A stretch of 64,000 nt of DNA from Lachnospiraceae bacterium (GTDB lineage: Bacteria > Bacillota > Clostridia > Lachnospirales > Lachnospiraceae): NCBI GenBank assembly GCA_030537145.1, contig JAUNON010000008.1, positions 1,532-65,531 of the forward strand, written 5' to 3'. Under the pieces are notes generated by a model. That model searched no databases, was not told where the DNA came from, and saw nothing but the letters and a program-made list of their open reading frames with translations. The translations under genes and the position numbers were made by a program. Positions within the stretch are counted from its first letter, which is position 1. Every line of letters starts with the position of its first letter. Positions 10,327 to 19,204 of the stretch are shown in pieces.

Positions 10327-11742
10327 TTAAAATTCTCTTACCTTCACCCTGTAATGCCTGACTGCGAAGCTGATCTTATCCCCTTCGCAAAGCCTTCTCT
10401 TCTCATTCGGCAGCAAGCGTTCTCCTTCCACATATGTCCCATTCATGGAGTTCAGATCCGTAACAAAACATTCCTCCCGATTCCGCTCCAGTCTGGCGTG
10501 GATCCTGCTGACAGAAGCATCTCCCAGCCAGATATCCACCTGATCTTTTTTCTTTCCCACCAGCATCTTCTCTTTATCCAATATAATGTCTCCATACTTA
10601 TCCGCCTCCAGGCTTGCCAGACGAAAGCTCCTGCCTTTTTCCGCTTCTGTCAGGCACCGGGTCTCTCCCTCTATTCCCCCTCCGCCTTCATCCTGCGCAG
10701 CCCCGCCTGCCTCAGAACTTCCCCTCTGCCCGAATCCATACGGATTTTCCTCCTCCATCGCATCATCGGTTTCAGAAAATACAGTCTCAAGGAACTGCTC
10801 TTCCTCCTGGAAATCATCTTCGATCCATTCCTTCTTTTTTCTGTTCCGTTTCCCACCTGCTGCTCCTGATATGATCCAGACAATCGCCAGCAATAAAAAG
10901 GCCAGTCCCCCGGTCTGCGTCAAATCCAACCCCGCAAAATATACGATCGCTCCAAAAATTATAAGCATTCCTGCTGCCGCCAGGCTCCCGATCAGCCATC
11001 CCTTTTTTCCGGATGCAGCTTTTTCCTTTGAAATCCGGCCTGCCGCACCGCTTTTGATCTGATCCTCCTTTTCTTTGGGCCGATCCGGCTTCTCTGCCGC
11101 CTCCGTCGGCTTTGCCAAAGAGCGCTCTTCTATTTTCCTGCCAGGGACCGGATCCGCCTCCCTGAAATGCTCCGCTGCCTGATCCGTCACCGTCCTGCCA
11201 GTATTTTCCCGCAGCAATAGCTGCACGATCTCTGAAAAGCCGAAGTTTTCCTTTGATGCCTGATGAAACAATTCATACCCCAAATCCACGGCCTGACGCT
11301 CGCCATGATCCAGACTCTTCAGGACAAACTCCGCCAGCCTTAAGAATGAATGCCGGTTTTCCTGTCCGGAATACGGAATGTAGCATAGCTGTATCTGCCT
11401 GGTATCTATGTCCATATAAATAAACTCCGGATCCAGCAAAATATCCTCATTATTCAGCAAGTACTGCCTGGCCCGGTTCATTCCATCCCGAATTCCCATC
11501 AGCAGCCGTTCAATATCGCCGTGTTTCATACTTCGGCTTTCATAGACCTGAGAAACCGGCTGCCGGGAAGTAATTTCATAATACAAATATGTTTTTCCAT
11601 TCATTTTTCGCACTCGGAACTTTAACAGCTCCGGAATATGATTCTGCTCAATCATGCGAATCATATATTCTTCTCCGGACACCTCTTCCTTTTCCAATAT
11701 CATATAGTTATGATTGAAATCTCTCCGGTAACTGACTTCCAC
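10327..11742 (-). CDS. Membrane protein with an N-terminal DUF6382-like domain, two TM segments and a C-terminal FHA domain
   Basis: C-terminus: LVGKKKDQVDIWLGDASVSRIHARLERNREECFVTDLNSMNGTYVEGERL (FHA signature). The mid-protein hydrophobic stretch is WLIGSLAAAGMLIIFGAIVYF..LAFLLLAIVWIISGA. GTG start lies 7 nt after GGGAG. Confidence 0.8.
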   Translation of the reverse strand: MEVSYRRDFNHNYMILEKEEVSGEEYMIRMIEQNHIPELLKFRVRKMNGKTYLYYEITSRQPVSQVYESRSMKHGDIERLLMGIRDGMNRARQYLLNNEDILLDPEFIYMDIDTRQIQLCYIPYSGQENRHSFLRLAEFVLKSLDHGERQAVDLGYELFHQASKENFGFSEIVQLLLRENTGRTVTDQAAEHFREADPVPGRKIEERSLAKPTEAAEKPDRPKEKEDQIKSGAAGRISKEKAASGKKGWLIGSLAAAGMLIIFGAIVYFAGLDLTQTGGLAFLLLAIVWIISGAAGGKRNRKKKEWIEDDFQEEEQFLETVFSETDDAMEEENPYGFGQRGSSEAGGAAQDEGGGGIEGETRCLTEAEKGRSFRLASLEADKYGDIILDKEKMLVGKKKDQVDIWLGDASVSRIHARLERNREECFVTDLNSMNGTYVEGERLLPNEKRRLCEGDKISFAVRHYRVKVREF

Positions 11743-11746
11743 GCAC

Positions 11747-12220
11747 TCACTCCCTTATTGTATTTATCATATACTCCAGACCTCGGATCTTCCGTATTTC
11801 CTCCGCCGGATGAAAAATCTTTTTATTCCAGGTCTTTTCCACAGACAACTCATTCCCTGTTACGAGTCCCGCTATCAGCCCCGGTATTTTAAAGCTTCCC
11901 TTATAATGCACAGATATCTGATCCTTTCCAACTGAAAGTACTGCGCTTCCCGCCTTCGTTCCCAAAAGCCGCTCCGTAACAAGTGCGTTTCCCTTTTCCT
12001 GCAAAACGCTTTCCCTGTTTTCTTCCAGAAGCAGATTGCCTCCCATCGCCGCAGTCTCGCAGGCAGCTCCCTGTATCACTGCCGCATCATGAACATAAAA
12101 TACCATGTAGATGACTGCTGCCAGCACCGGGAGCAAAACCGTCATTATCATGGCCGCTTCTACGGTAAAGCTGGCCTTAACCATACTACTTTTTCCTGTT
12201 TTGTGCCTGATTCTCCTCAT
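11747..12220 (-). CDS. TadE-like minor pilin / pseudopilin
   Basis: 157 aa with N-terminal SFTVEAAMIMTVLLPVLAAVIYMVF, typical of the TadE/TadG N-terminal motif. Confidence 0.65.
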   Translation of the reverse strand: MRRIRHKTGKSSMVKASFTVEAAMIMTVLLPVLAAVIYMVFYVHDAAVIQGAACETAAMGGNLLLEENRESVLQEKGNALVTERLLGTKAGSAVLSVGKDQISVHYKGSFKIPGLIAGLVTGNELSVEKTWNKKIFHPAEEIRKIRGLEYMINTIRE

Positions 12221-12295
12221 AGAAATCCTTTCCTCCCGTCATTGCCGTTATCTTCCGACCAATCATTTCCAGGGATCAATCCGTCATTTCTGCAT

Positions 12296-12715
12296 CTATA
12301 AAAGAATTACCCCGCAAACCTCTGCCACCAGCAAAAAGGGCAGAAATGGAAAGCTATCGCCCCGGCCCGCTTTCTTTAATATCAGCAAAATGCCCGACCA
12401 GACCGCCGCAAAACACAGCGCCGCCGTTATCACACCCATTGTTTTTACAAATCCCAGCGCAGCTCCGCAGGCCGCCACCACCAAACCGTCTCCATAGCCA
12501 ATGGCCTCCCTTGTGGCCCAGGACAGCAAAAGCATTCCAAGGCCAATCCCGATTCCGCCCAATAAGCTTACGCAGTCCATATCTGCCCGAACAAAATGAA
12601 ACGCCGTTACCACGGTCAAAAAAAGCACCGCAAAAGGCCACCATATCTGCCGTTTTCTAAGATCCATAACCGTACATACCCCTAGAAAAAGAATTGCTGC
12701 AACGTAATATTCCAT
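12296..12715 (-). CDS. A24-family prepilin peptidase (CpaA/TadV-like), copy 2
   Basis: 139 aa, 4-5 TM, with an early aspartate (VMDLRKRQI) and a second Asp motif, GYGDGLV. Confidence 0.7.
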   Translation of the reverse strand: MEYYVAAILFLGVCTVMDLRKRQIWWPFAVLFLTVVTAFHFVRADMDCVSLLGGIGIGLGMLLLSWATREAIGYGDGLVVAACGAALGFVKTMGVITAALCFAAVWSGILLILKKAGRGDSFPFLPFLLVAEVCGVILL

Positions 12716-12786
12716 AGCTCTCCCCTTTGCTCTTCAAATCGTCAAAAATACTGCTGAATTTTCCCTGCCTTCCTTTCTGATGCAAA

Positions 12787-13761
12787 TCACCCGGCGCTCT
12801 GCTTCCCGCATCTTGAGCATGGCCTGAGATTTGCCGCCTCGTCGGAAGAAACCGCCCTCACCGTCCTTCTTAATCCGCTGCATTGCAGGGAAGAATGATA
12901 GCGGCTGCCATCACTGGTAATATAAACTCCCCCTCCGGCGTTCCCTCCGCAATGCTCACAGGCATAATATCTCCCTCCATAGACATTCCGCAGCTCTCCC
13001 AGCGATGCCTGATCCACTCTTCGAATCGATAACCGGATATGCGTACAGCTCTCATCCGTATGATACACACTGCCATGTTCCGTTACATACACCGTTTCCG
13101 CAGCCGTCTGAGAGCTGTCAGTATTTCCTTCTCCTCCGGATCCATTTCGTCCGGTCCATGCTCTGACGCATCCTCTCTGCACAAAAAAGAGATACGGGAT
13201 TTTTATACCGCCTGCCAGGGGATTTACCTGATAAGTCATTACAAGATCTACCAGATCATCCTCCTTCTGAAAGGAGGACAGAAGAAAATTCACCTTCTGA
13301 ACCGCATTCGTATTCCCGGCCTTTCCCATTACCTTACCTCTGGCATAAAATGCCGACATGCTTCCCATGATCACAGGATTTGCCGAATCATTTTCTATCG
13401 CATAAGCGTTGATTGCCATACGCTCACTGGTTTCGCACAGAGCGCTGCCGAAGCGCACTGCCGTCTCCATCACTATTCCAAACTGAAGCACAGTCATCAT
13501 ACACAGAAAAAATATGGGCAAAACCACAGCCGCCTCCACTGTAAGGCTTGCTTTTTGCGGAGCAAAAAAGGATGTTCTTCTTCTGTCAGATTCTTTTTTT
13601 CTTGGAGGAAGCGTATTGAAAATTTTCCCTTTTTTTACGGACGAGAGCGTTTCCTTTCTTTTTAGATATATGTTTTGAAAATATGTGTTGAATGATTTGC
13701 TTTTACGATGGGATTTCTCTTTACAATACTGATCTGTAATCTTTCGACATCCGAAGAACAC
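12787..13761 (-). CDS. TadE-like N-terminus fused to two tandem Cys/His (YH-x4-C ... C-x2-C) modules
   Basis: ASLTVEAAVVLPIFFLCMMTVLQFG TadE-type segment. C-terminus: VYVTEHGSVYHTDESCTHI..YACEHCG and VYITSDGSRYHSSLQCSGL..RPCSRCG. The start is uncertain; 13761 is the first in-frame start. Confidence 0.6.
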   Translation of the reverse strand: MFFGCRKITDQYCKEKSHRKSKSFNTYFQNIYLKRKETLSSVKKGKIFNTLPPRKKESDRRRTSFFAPQKASLTVEAAVVLPIFFLCMMTVLQFGIVMETAVRFGSALCETSERMAINAYAIENDSANPVIMGSMSAFYARGKVMGKAGNTNAVQKVNFLLSSFQKEDDLVDLVMTYQVNPLAGGIKIPYLFFVQRGCVRAWTGRNGSGGEGNTDSSQTAAETVYVTEHGSVYHTDESCTHIRLSIRRVDQASLGELRNVYGGRYYACEHCGGNAGGGVYITSDGSRYHSSLQCSGLRRTVRAVSSDEAANLRPCSRCGKQSAG

Positions 13762-13801
13762 CCTTTTTCACCCCGCTTTCCATGTTCTCGACAAATATCT
13801 T

Positions 13802-13832
13802 GTAACAGTTCAGCCTTCAGCTAAACTTTTAC
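13802..13832. repeat. Short copy of the GTAAC-N-GTTCAGCC hairpin repeat
   Basis: GTAACAGTTCAGCCTTCAGCTAAACTTTTAC differs at 3 of 31 positions from 39848-39878. It folds as an imperfect hairpin and sits in an intergenic gap inside the tad operon. Confidence 0.6.
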
Positions 13833-13870
13833 AATATCTTTTCTTCTAAATAGAAAAGCATAAGAAAACT

Positions 13871-15409
13871 TTATGGATCATATGCAAATCCACTTTCCAC
13901 GGTAACAGAAAACGCATTTCCGGATATACCCAGGAAAGCCGCAGGCACCCGCAGAAATACCGGATTTATCGTCCATTCCGTCTTTTCACGCATTCCTACC
14001 ATACAATAATCCACCCGAAAGTTTGATAATCCCGCTGCCGTCTGGAGGTTTATTTCCACCATATCCAATCCCCTCTTTTTCTGAACCGATATGGACTGAA
14101 GATTCAAAAGAATTCTCAGATAATCCTTATAAGCCAGTCCTTCCTGCCGTTCGCTGCCGCCCTGCTCCAGCAGTTCATTCAACTGCCCCAGCTTTTCCAG
14201 CGTTACGGCCCAGGTATTCTCACTTTTTATAAGTGGAATTCTTCCTCCATCCAGCAATGTCCTTACATCCATCAGGCTTTCACCATAAGCCCATCCCAGC
14301 AATAGCGCATGCTTTAGTATGCTTACCAGGGCGGGAACCCCCGTCCAGCCTATCAAAAGCGCTGCAAGCTTTCCTGCCTCGGCACTCATTTCCGGATTGC
14401 CGGCACAATAAAAATAATTCAGTCCTTCCCTCAGCAGCAGCAAACGCCGTGCCACCGATTTCAGGTTTGCTTCGTCCGTTTTTTTCCCGGCAATCATGTA
14501 CTCTATCTGGTAATCCAGCTTTCCGCTGCTTTCCTCACTCAGATAATCCGGAAAATGATCCAGCAGATATTCACGAAAAAGCAGATCTGAGGTGAGCCCA
14601 CTATGCTTTCTTTTTAATTCCAGCGTCCCCTTCTGTCCTGATCTTTTGGAAGCCAGATCCTTTTTCGTGACCTTTTTCTCAGAAACCGATGCAGTGCCGC
14701 AGACAATCTCCAAAATGCCTTTCTTTCGAAGCTTATTGATCATATCCAGCGGATTCTCCCGCCGCACTTCTTCTACCGGGTTATTCTCCACAATCACAAC
14801 GTCTGTAGTCCCGCTTTGCTGCATCTGCTGCTGACGGATCTGTTCCTCCTGCTGCTCCAGGCTTCTCATTTCCTGATCCGAATGATTCTTGTTTTCTTCA
14901 TATTCCTCCTGGCGCTGCTCAGCCTTCTTTGCATCTTGGTAATACTCATAAAGCCTGCTGATCACTCCGGTTGCCGCAGTCTCTTTCATATAAGCCACTG
15001 CCTGCTGGTAAAAAGCCTCTCCGCCCTGATCCGTCAGAAGCGCATATTCTGTAATCTGGCTTCCATCCATCTGCAGCTTCCACGGATCAAAGCACAGTCC
15101 AGACAATCCCTGGTCAGACACCTTTGCATTTTTTCCGAGAAATCCTTTTAACCGGTCGTTTATCCTTCCGATATCAAAATCACCGGTGCCGTAAGCCGCA
15201 TCCACAGCAAATATCTCATAATCTTCCAGAAGTTGTTTCTCATATTCGCTGAAAACGGAGTAATTTCCCATATCCGTAATATTTGCTGTCTGCGCTCTTG
15301 CTCCCTGTACCCGCGCAGATTCTATGGAAGTGCAGATCAGGGAGAGGAACAAAATACTGATCAAGCTAAAAAAAACGGTTATCGTGCCCTTCGCCCCATA
15401 TCTTTTCAT
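13871..15409 (-). CDS. Large TadG-like / DUF5702-like pilus-associated protein
   Basis: 512 aa with N-terminal KGTITVFFSLISILFLSLICTSIESARV (TadE/G-like anchor), then a long soluble region. The DUF assignment is from memory, not searched. Confidence 0.5.
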   Translation of the reverse strand: MKRYGAKGTITVFFSLISILFLSLICTSIESARVQGARAQTANITDMGNYSVFSEYEKQLLEDYEIFAVDAAYGTGDFDIGRINDRLKGFLGKNAKVSDQGLSGLCFDPWKLQMDGSQITEYALLTDQGGEAFYQQAVAYMKETAATGVISRLYEYYQDAKKAEQRQEEYEENKNHSDQEMRSLEQQEEQIRQQQMQQSGTTDVVIVENNPVEEVRRENPLDMINKLRKKGILEIVCGTASVSEKKVTKKDLASKRSGQKGTLELKRKHSGLTSDLLFREYLLDHFPDYLSEESSGKLDYQIEYMIAGKKTDEANLKSVARRLLLLREGLNYFYCAGNPEMSAEAGKLAALLIGWTGVPALVSILKHALLLGWAYGESLMDVRTLLDGGRIPLIKSENTWAVTLEKLGQLNELLEQGGSERQEGLAYKDYLRILLNLQSISVQKKRGLDMVEINLQTAAGLSNFRVDYCMVGMREKTEWTINPVFLRVPAAFLGISGNAFSVTVESGFAYDP

Positions 15410-15493
15410 ACATATACTCCTTCCATAGAATCTTTGCGGTCAGACGATCCTTCCGATATACTCCGAAGAATCTTTGTTCAGAACGTTTTGCTG

Positions 15494-15658
15494 CTAAATG
15501 CTATTGCTTTGTGTTGTTATTTTACTGAGAATACTGTTTACCAGACTGGTAAGCTGTTTTTTGAAAATTATGACCAGAGAAATCAGCACGACGAGGATCA
15601 GAATAATTTCAACGACCCCAATAGCGTCCTCCTCCTTCAGAAACGGCATTACATACAT
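15494..15658 (-). CDS. flp: Flp-family type IVb pilin
   Basis: 54 aa: MYVMPFLKEEDAIG/VVEIILILVVLISLVIIF.. with a Gly followed by a hydrophobic E-containing helix (Flp motif). The ATG lies 6 nt after GGAGG; the 15682 start in the track is a TTG inside the RBS region. Confidence 0.8.
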   Translation of the reverse strand: MYVMPFLKEEDAIGVVEIILILVVLISLVIIFKKQLTSLVNSILSKITTQSNSI

Positions 15659-15799
15659 GGCTTCCCTCCTTCTTTCCAACACAATTCCGTTTACTTCTTC
15701 CCATCACAAATTCCATAAAACATCTCCTTGCGAAGCACTGTTCTTTTCACCCGGGAATGGCCGCCCCAGCTTTTCCGGTATTTCTGGAGCAATGCTTCT

Positions 15800-17155
15800 T
15801 TACATCGACAGAAACGCAGGAACGATCAAAATCACAAGTACAACTCCGAACATAAGGATCATGGGAAACAGCAGCCTGGTCCCTGCCTGCTCTCCAAGCT
15901 TCCTGGCCATATTTTTCCGCTCTTCCATAGAAGTCTCCGCTTCCTTTTCCAGGATGGATGCCAGTCCTTTGGAACCCTTCTTTAAATTCTGCGCCAACAG
16001 AGAACCCAGCTTAATGTACCCGGGCAGACCGCATCTTCTGCCAAAATTTTCATAGGCAGCGCCTTCTGCCACACCGCTTTTCATTTCAATACAGGCCGAT
16101 ACCATTTCTTCATAAACATACCGGATATTCGTATCCCTATCCTTCTGATATTCCGCAGCAATCTTTACGAATGCACTGTGTATTGTAAGGCCTGCTCCCA
16201 GAAGCATGGTCATTTTCCAAAGCAGTTCGGAGTAATCTGCTCCAAGCTGCAGATTCCGTGCCCGTATCTTCTGATGAATCTGCTGGTCTCTTCGTATCCA
16301 TACGAAACACGGCAGAAAAAGAGTCAGCAAAAGAAACAACGGAAGCAGCTCCTGGGGTTGCCGCAGCCATGTAATATTCCGCCCGGCGATTTGCTCCGGA
16401 AGAGTCAGGACAGATCTTTCTGCTTCCGCTTCATCCGCCTGTTTTACCTCCCTCTGCACAGACTGCCAAATCTCCTCCTCTTCTGATAAAAGCGGAGGAT
16501 AAACACAAGCTGCGGTTTCATAAATCAATTCCTTTCCCTGACAGCTAAGCGTCGCCTGAATTTCTACAATGGTTCCGTTTTCCTCGGATTCCCCTATAAT
16601 TGCTCCGCTATCGTCAATGATGCCATACGGAATCGTCATCCACTCTACGGAAACTGCACCGTCCGCCAGGCTTTCCGGAAAATTCAGTCTCGTTCTCACC
16701 TCATCCAAAGAAACATTCTCTCCGACCAGCTCTTTCTCAAGCGTCTCTTTTCCCTGCTCCAGCAGCTCCTCTGCCTGCTGCGCTGTATACCGTTTTTCCT
16801 GTACCGTTACGCTCAACGGTCTTTCCTCTTCTATTCCGTCTACCTGTACCGTCAGATCCTCTTCTCTGTCACCCATCCCATAGCCCGGCCGCTGCAGCTC
16901 ATTGTTTTCCACAATCCTGCTGCTGCGGTCCACTGTCAGGAAAACCGTCAGGGAAACAAGCGCCATTACGGTCAAAACCAGAAGTGTATCTGCTATTTTA
17001 TGCGCAAAATACTTCTTTACCTCTGCCGCATTTCCCCCTGACAACGTATTCAGCTCTCCCGCAATCCCTTGATTTTGTTCCTTCCGGCAGCCAATCTGCA
17101 GCCGTTCCGTCAGAAGCTCTCCAATCTTCAGAAAAGGATTTTCCGGCATTTTCAT
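15800..17155 (-). CDS. tadC: TadC-like T2SS-F family platform protein with a long N-terminal extension
   Basis: 451 aa. The C-terminal ~200 aa are T2SSF-like (LLGAGLTIHSAFVKIA.., terminal TM pair). The N-terminal ~230 aa hold one TM segment plus an extracytoplasmic-looking domain. Confidence 0.7.
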   Translation of the reverse strand: MKMPENPFLKIGELLTERLQIGCRKEQNQGIAGELNTLSGGNAAEVKKYFAHKIADTLLVLTVMALVSLTVFLTVDRSSRIVENNELQRPGYGMGDREEDLTVQVDGIEEERPLSVTVQEKRYTAQQAEELLEQGKETLEKELVGENVSLDEVRTRLNFPESLADGAVSVEWMTIPYGIIDDSGAIIGESEENGTIVEIQATLSCQGKELIYETAACVYPPLLSEEEEIWQSVQREVKQADEAEAERSVLTLPEQIAGRNITWLRQPQELLPLFLLLTLFLPCFVWIRRDQQIHQKIRARNLQLGADYSELLWKMTMLLGAGLTIHSAFVKIAAEYQKDRDTNIRYVYEEMVSACIEMKSGVAEGAAYENFGRRCGLPGYIKLGSLLAQNLKKGSKGLASILEKEAETSMEERKNMARKLGEQAGTRLLFPMILMFGVVLVILIVPAFLSM

Positions 17156-17176
17156 CGTTTCTGTCCGCCTCCGTTT

Positions 17177-17917
17177 CTATATCTGTATTTCTGTCACTTT
17201 CCTGCCCCACAAAAAGGCAATCCCATAAACCAGCAGGCAGGCACTCATCACCGCCAGACCTGCGGTATTGTGATACATAACATCCAAAAAGCCAGGGGAT
17301 GTCATTTCCACATAACCGATCATAAACAGGGGGATGGCGCTCATCATATTCCGCTCCATCACCTTTCCGGACAGGCTGGTCTCAATCTCCTGCATCGTCT
17401 CCTGTTTCTGCTGAATGCTGGAAACCGTATTCCGGGTAATTGCAATCAGGTCTCCCCCGGTTCGCTTTGCCGTAGAAAATACCTCCGCAAAATTCCGGAT
17501 ATCTTCCACACCGCTTCGATTTCCCAAATCCATCAGCAGCGCCTCCACCGTCCGGTTTAGCCCGATCTGCTTTACAAGGAATCGGAATTCCCGGATGATA
17601 AATGCATCCTCGTCATATATCTTTCCCAGCTCCTGCAAAGCTTCCCGAAATGCGTTTTCCACCGCATATCCTGCCTGAAGCGAGGTACAGACCAACTGCA
17701 TACCCGTCAGAAACTGGCTCTGCATCCGGATTTTTCTTTTCTTCAGCAGCAGCTTTTTCTGTTCTCTTAAAAACAATGCCGCACCGGGAAAAAACAGGAG
17801 AAACGCAAGCCAGGACCGAAAGAACAGATGACTTATTATTCCATCCAATACCAGATACATTGCCATATTCCAGACAAGCTCCTTCCTGCAAAATCTGTAC
17901 ACCCGATAATCTTCCAT
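17177..17917 (-). CDS. tadB: TadB-like T2SS-F family platform protein
   Basis: 246 aa: SLQAGYAVENAFREA..FSTAKRTGGDL..; T2SSF architecture. Confidence 0.75.
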   Translation of the reverse strand: MEDYRVYRFCRKELVWNMAMYLVLDGIISHLFFRSWLAFLLFFPGAALFLREQKKLLLKKRKIRMQSQFLTGMQLVCTSLQAGYAVENAFREALQELGKIYDEDAFIIREFRFLVKQIGLNRTVEALLMDLGNRSGVEDIRNFAEVFSTAKRTGGDLIAITRNTVSSIQQKQETMQEIETSLSGKVMERNMMSAIPLFMIGYVEMTSPGFLDVMYHNTAGLAVMSACLLVYGIAFLWGRKVTEIQI

Positions 17918-17944
17918 ATTTACCTCCCTCCTGTCCCCTCTCGG

Positions 17945-19204
17945 CTATCCGCCTTTGGGCCGTTCACACATCCTTCCCTCTTCCAGAGAGATCCCGGCCC
18001 GCTCCAGCTTATGCCGTTCAGCCAATTCTCCTTTTTTTACCAAAGTCCCCAGGATTCTTCCAGTCTCATCCTGCCCCTGCTCTTCAAACTCATACAGTGT
18101 ATTCGTCATAATCTCTCCGGAGGAAATGTCATATCCTACGATCTCCAGTATTTCCAGAACCTTTCTGCTTTTGTCCCGCAGCCGCCCAAGATGGACCATC
18201 AGGTCAATCCCGGATGCAATCTGCCTGCGGATAGCCTGTACCGGGATTTCCAACCCCATCAGCACCATCGTTTCCAGTCTGGACAGCATATCCCTCGGGC
18301 TGTTTCCGTGCCCGGTGCTTAAAGATCCGTCATGTCCGGTATTTAATGACTGCAGCATATCGATGGTCTCATCGCCCCGGACTTCGCCCACAATGATCCT
18401 ATCCGGCCTCATTCTGAGACTGGCCTTAATCAGATCCCGTATCGTTACCTGATTATCCCCCTCCTCATTTGCCCTTCTGGCCTCCAGCCGAACCAAATTC
18501 CTGGCTCCCTGAATCTGCAGCTCTGCATTGTCCTCAATGGTAATGATTCGTTCATCCTTCGGTATGTAATTTGAAAGGGCGTTTAGAAAAGTAGTTTTTC
18601 CGGAGCCCGTTCCCCCGCTGATAAAAATATTGTATCCGGCGCGTACCAGCTTTTCCAAAAATTCAGCCGCCTGTCTGGAAACTGCATTCCAGGCAATAAG
18701 CTGCTCCATAGAAATGGGATGATCCGGAAAACGCCGGATGGTAATCACAGGGCCGCAGATAGCGATGGGCGGCATCACTACATTTACCCTGGCTCCGTTT
18801 TCCAGATGCGCATCCACGATCGTCACCGCTTCATTAGCTACCCGGTTGCATTTCGCTACAATCTGCTGGACAATATCCTCCAGCTTCTCCCTTGTCTCAA
18901 ATTTTTTGTCCCAGCGCAAAAGCTTTCCGGCACGCTCAAGAAATATCCCTTCCGTGCCGTTCACCATGATCTCCGTCACACTGTCATCCTCCACCAGCTC
19001 CTGCAGAATATCCAGCCGGCGCACGGAATTAAAAAGCTCACGGCGCAGTTCTCCCCGCTGGGGCAGACGTAGCCTGATCCTGACATCCTCTTCCGTCAGC
19101 AATTCGTCTATTACATCGTAGATCTCCTCATCACTCATCTCCCTGCTCCGCTCCAGGCGTTCCATCAATCTGCCTCTGTATTCCTGAAACAGGCTATTCT
19201 TCAT
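17945..19204 (-). CDS. cpaF: CpaF/TadA-family pilus assembly ATPase
   Basis: Walker A GGTGSGKTTFLNAL, RIITIEDNAEL, and the IIVGEVRGDE Asp/His boxes. The start was chosen at MKNSLFQEY, overlapping the upstream stop by 11 nt; the longest ORF reaches 19339. Confidence 0.9.
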   Translation of the reverse strand: MKNSLFQEYRGRLMERLERSREMSDEEIYDVIDELLTEEDVRIRLRLPQRGELRRELFNSVRRLDILQELVEDDSVTEIMVNGTEGIFLERAGKLLRWDKKFETREKLEDIVQQIVAKCNRVANEAVTIVDAHLENGARVNVVMPPIAICGPVITIRRFPDHPISMEQLIAWNAVSRQAAEFLEKLVRAGYNIFISGGTGSGKTTFLNALSNYIPKDERIITIEDNAELQIQGARNLVRLEARRANEEGDNQVTIRDLIKASLRMRPDRIIVGEVRGDETIDMLQSLNTGHDGSLSTGHGNSPRDMLSRLETMVLMGLEIPVQAIRRQIASGIDLMVHLGRLRDKSRKVLEILEIVGYDISSGEIMTNTLYEFEEQGQDETGRILGTLVKKGELAERHKLERAGISLEEGRMCERPKGG

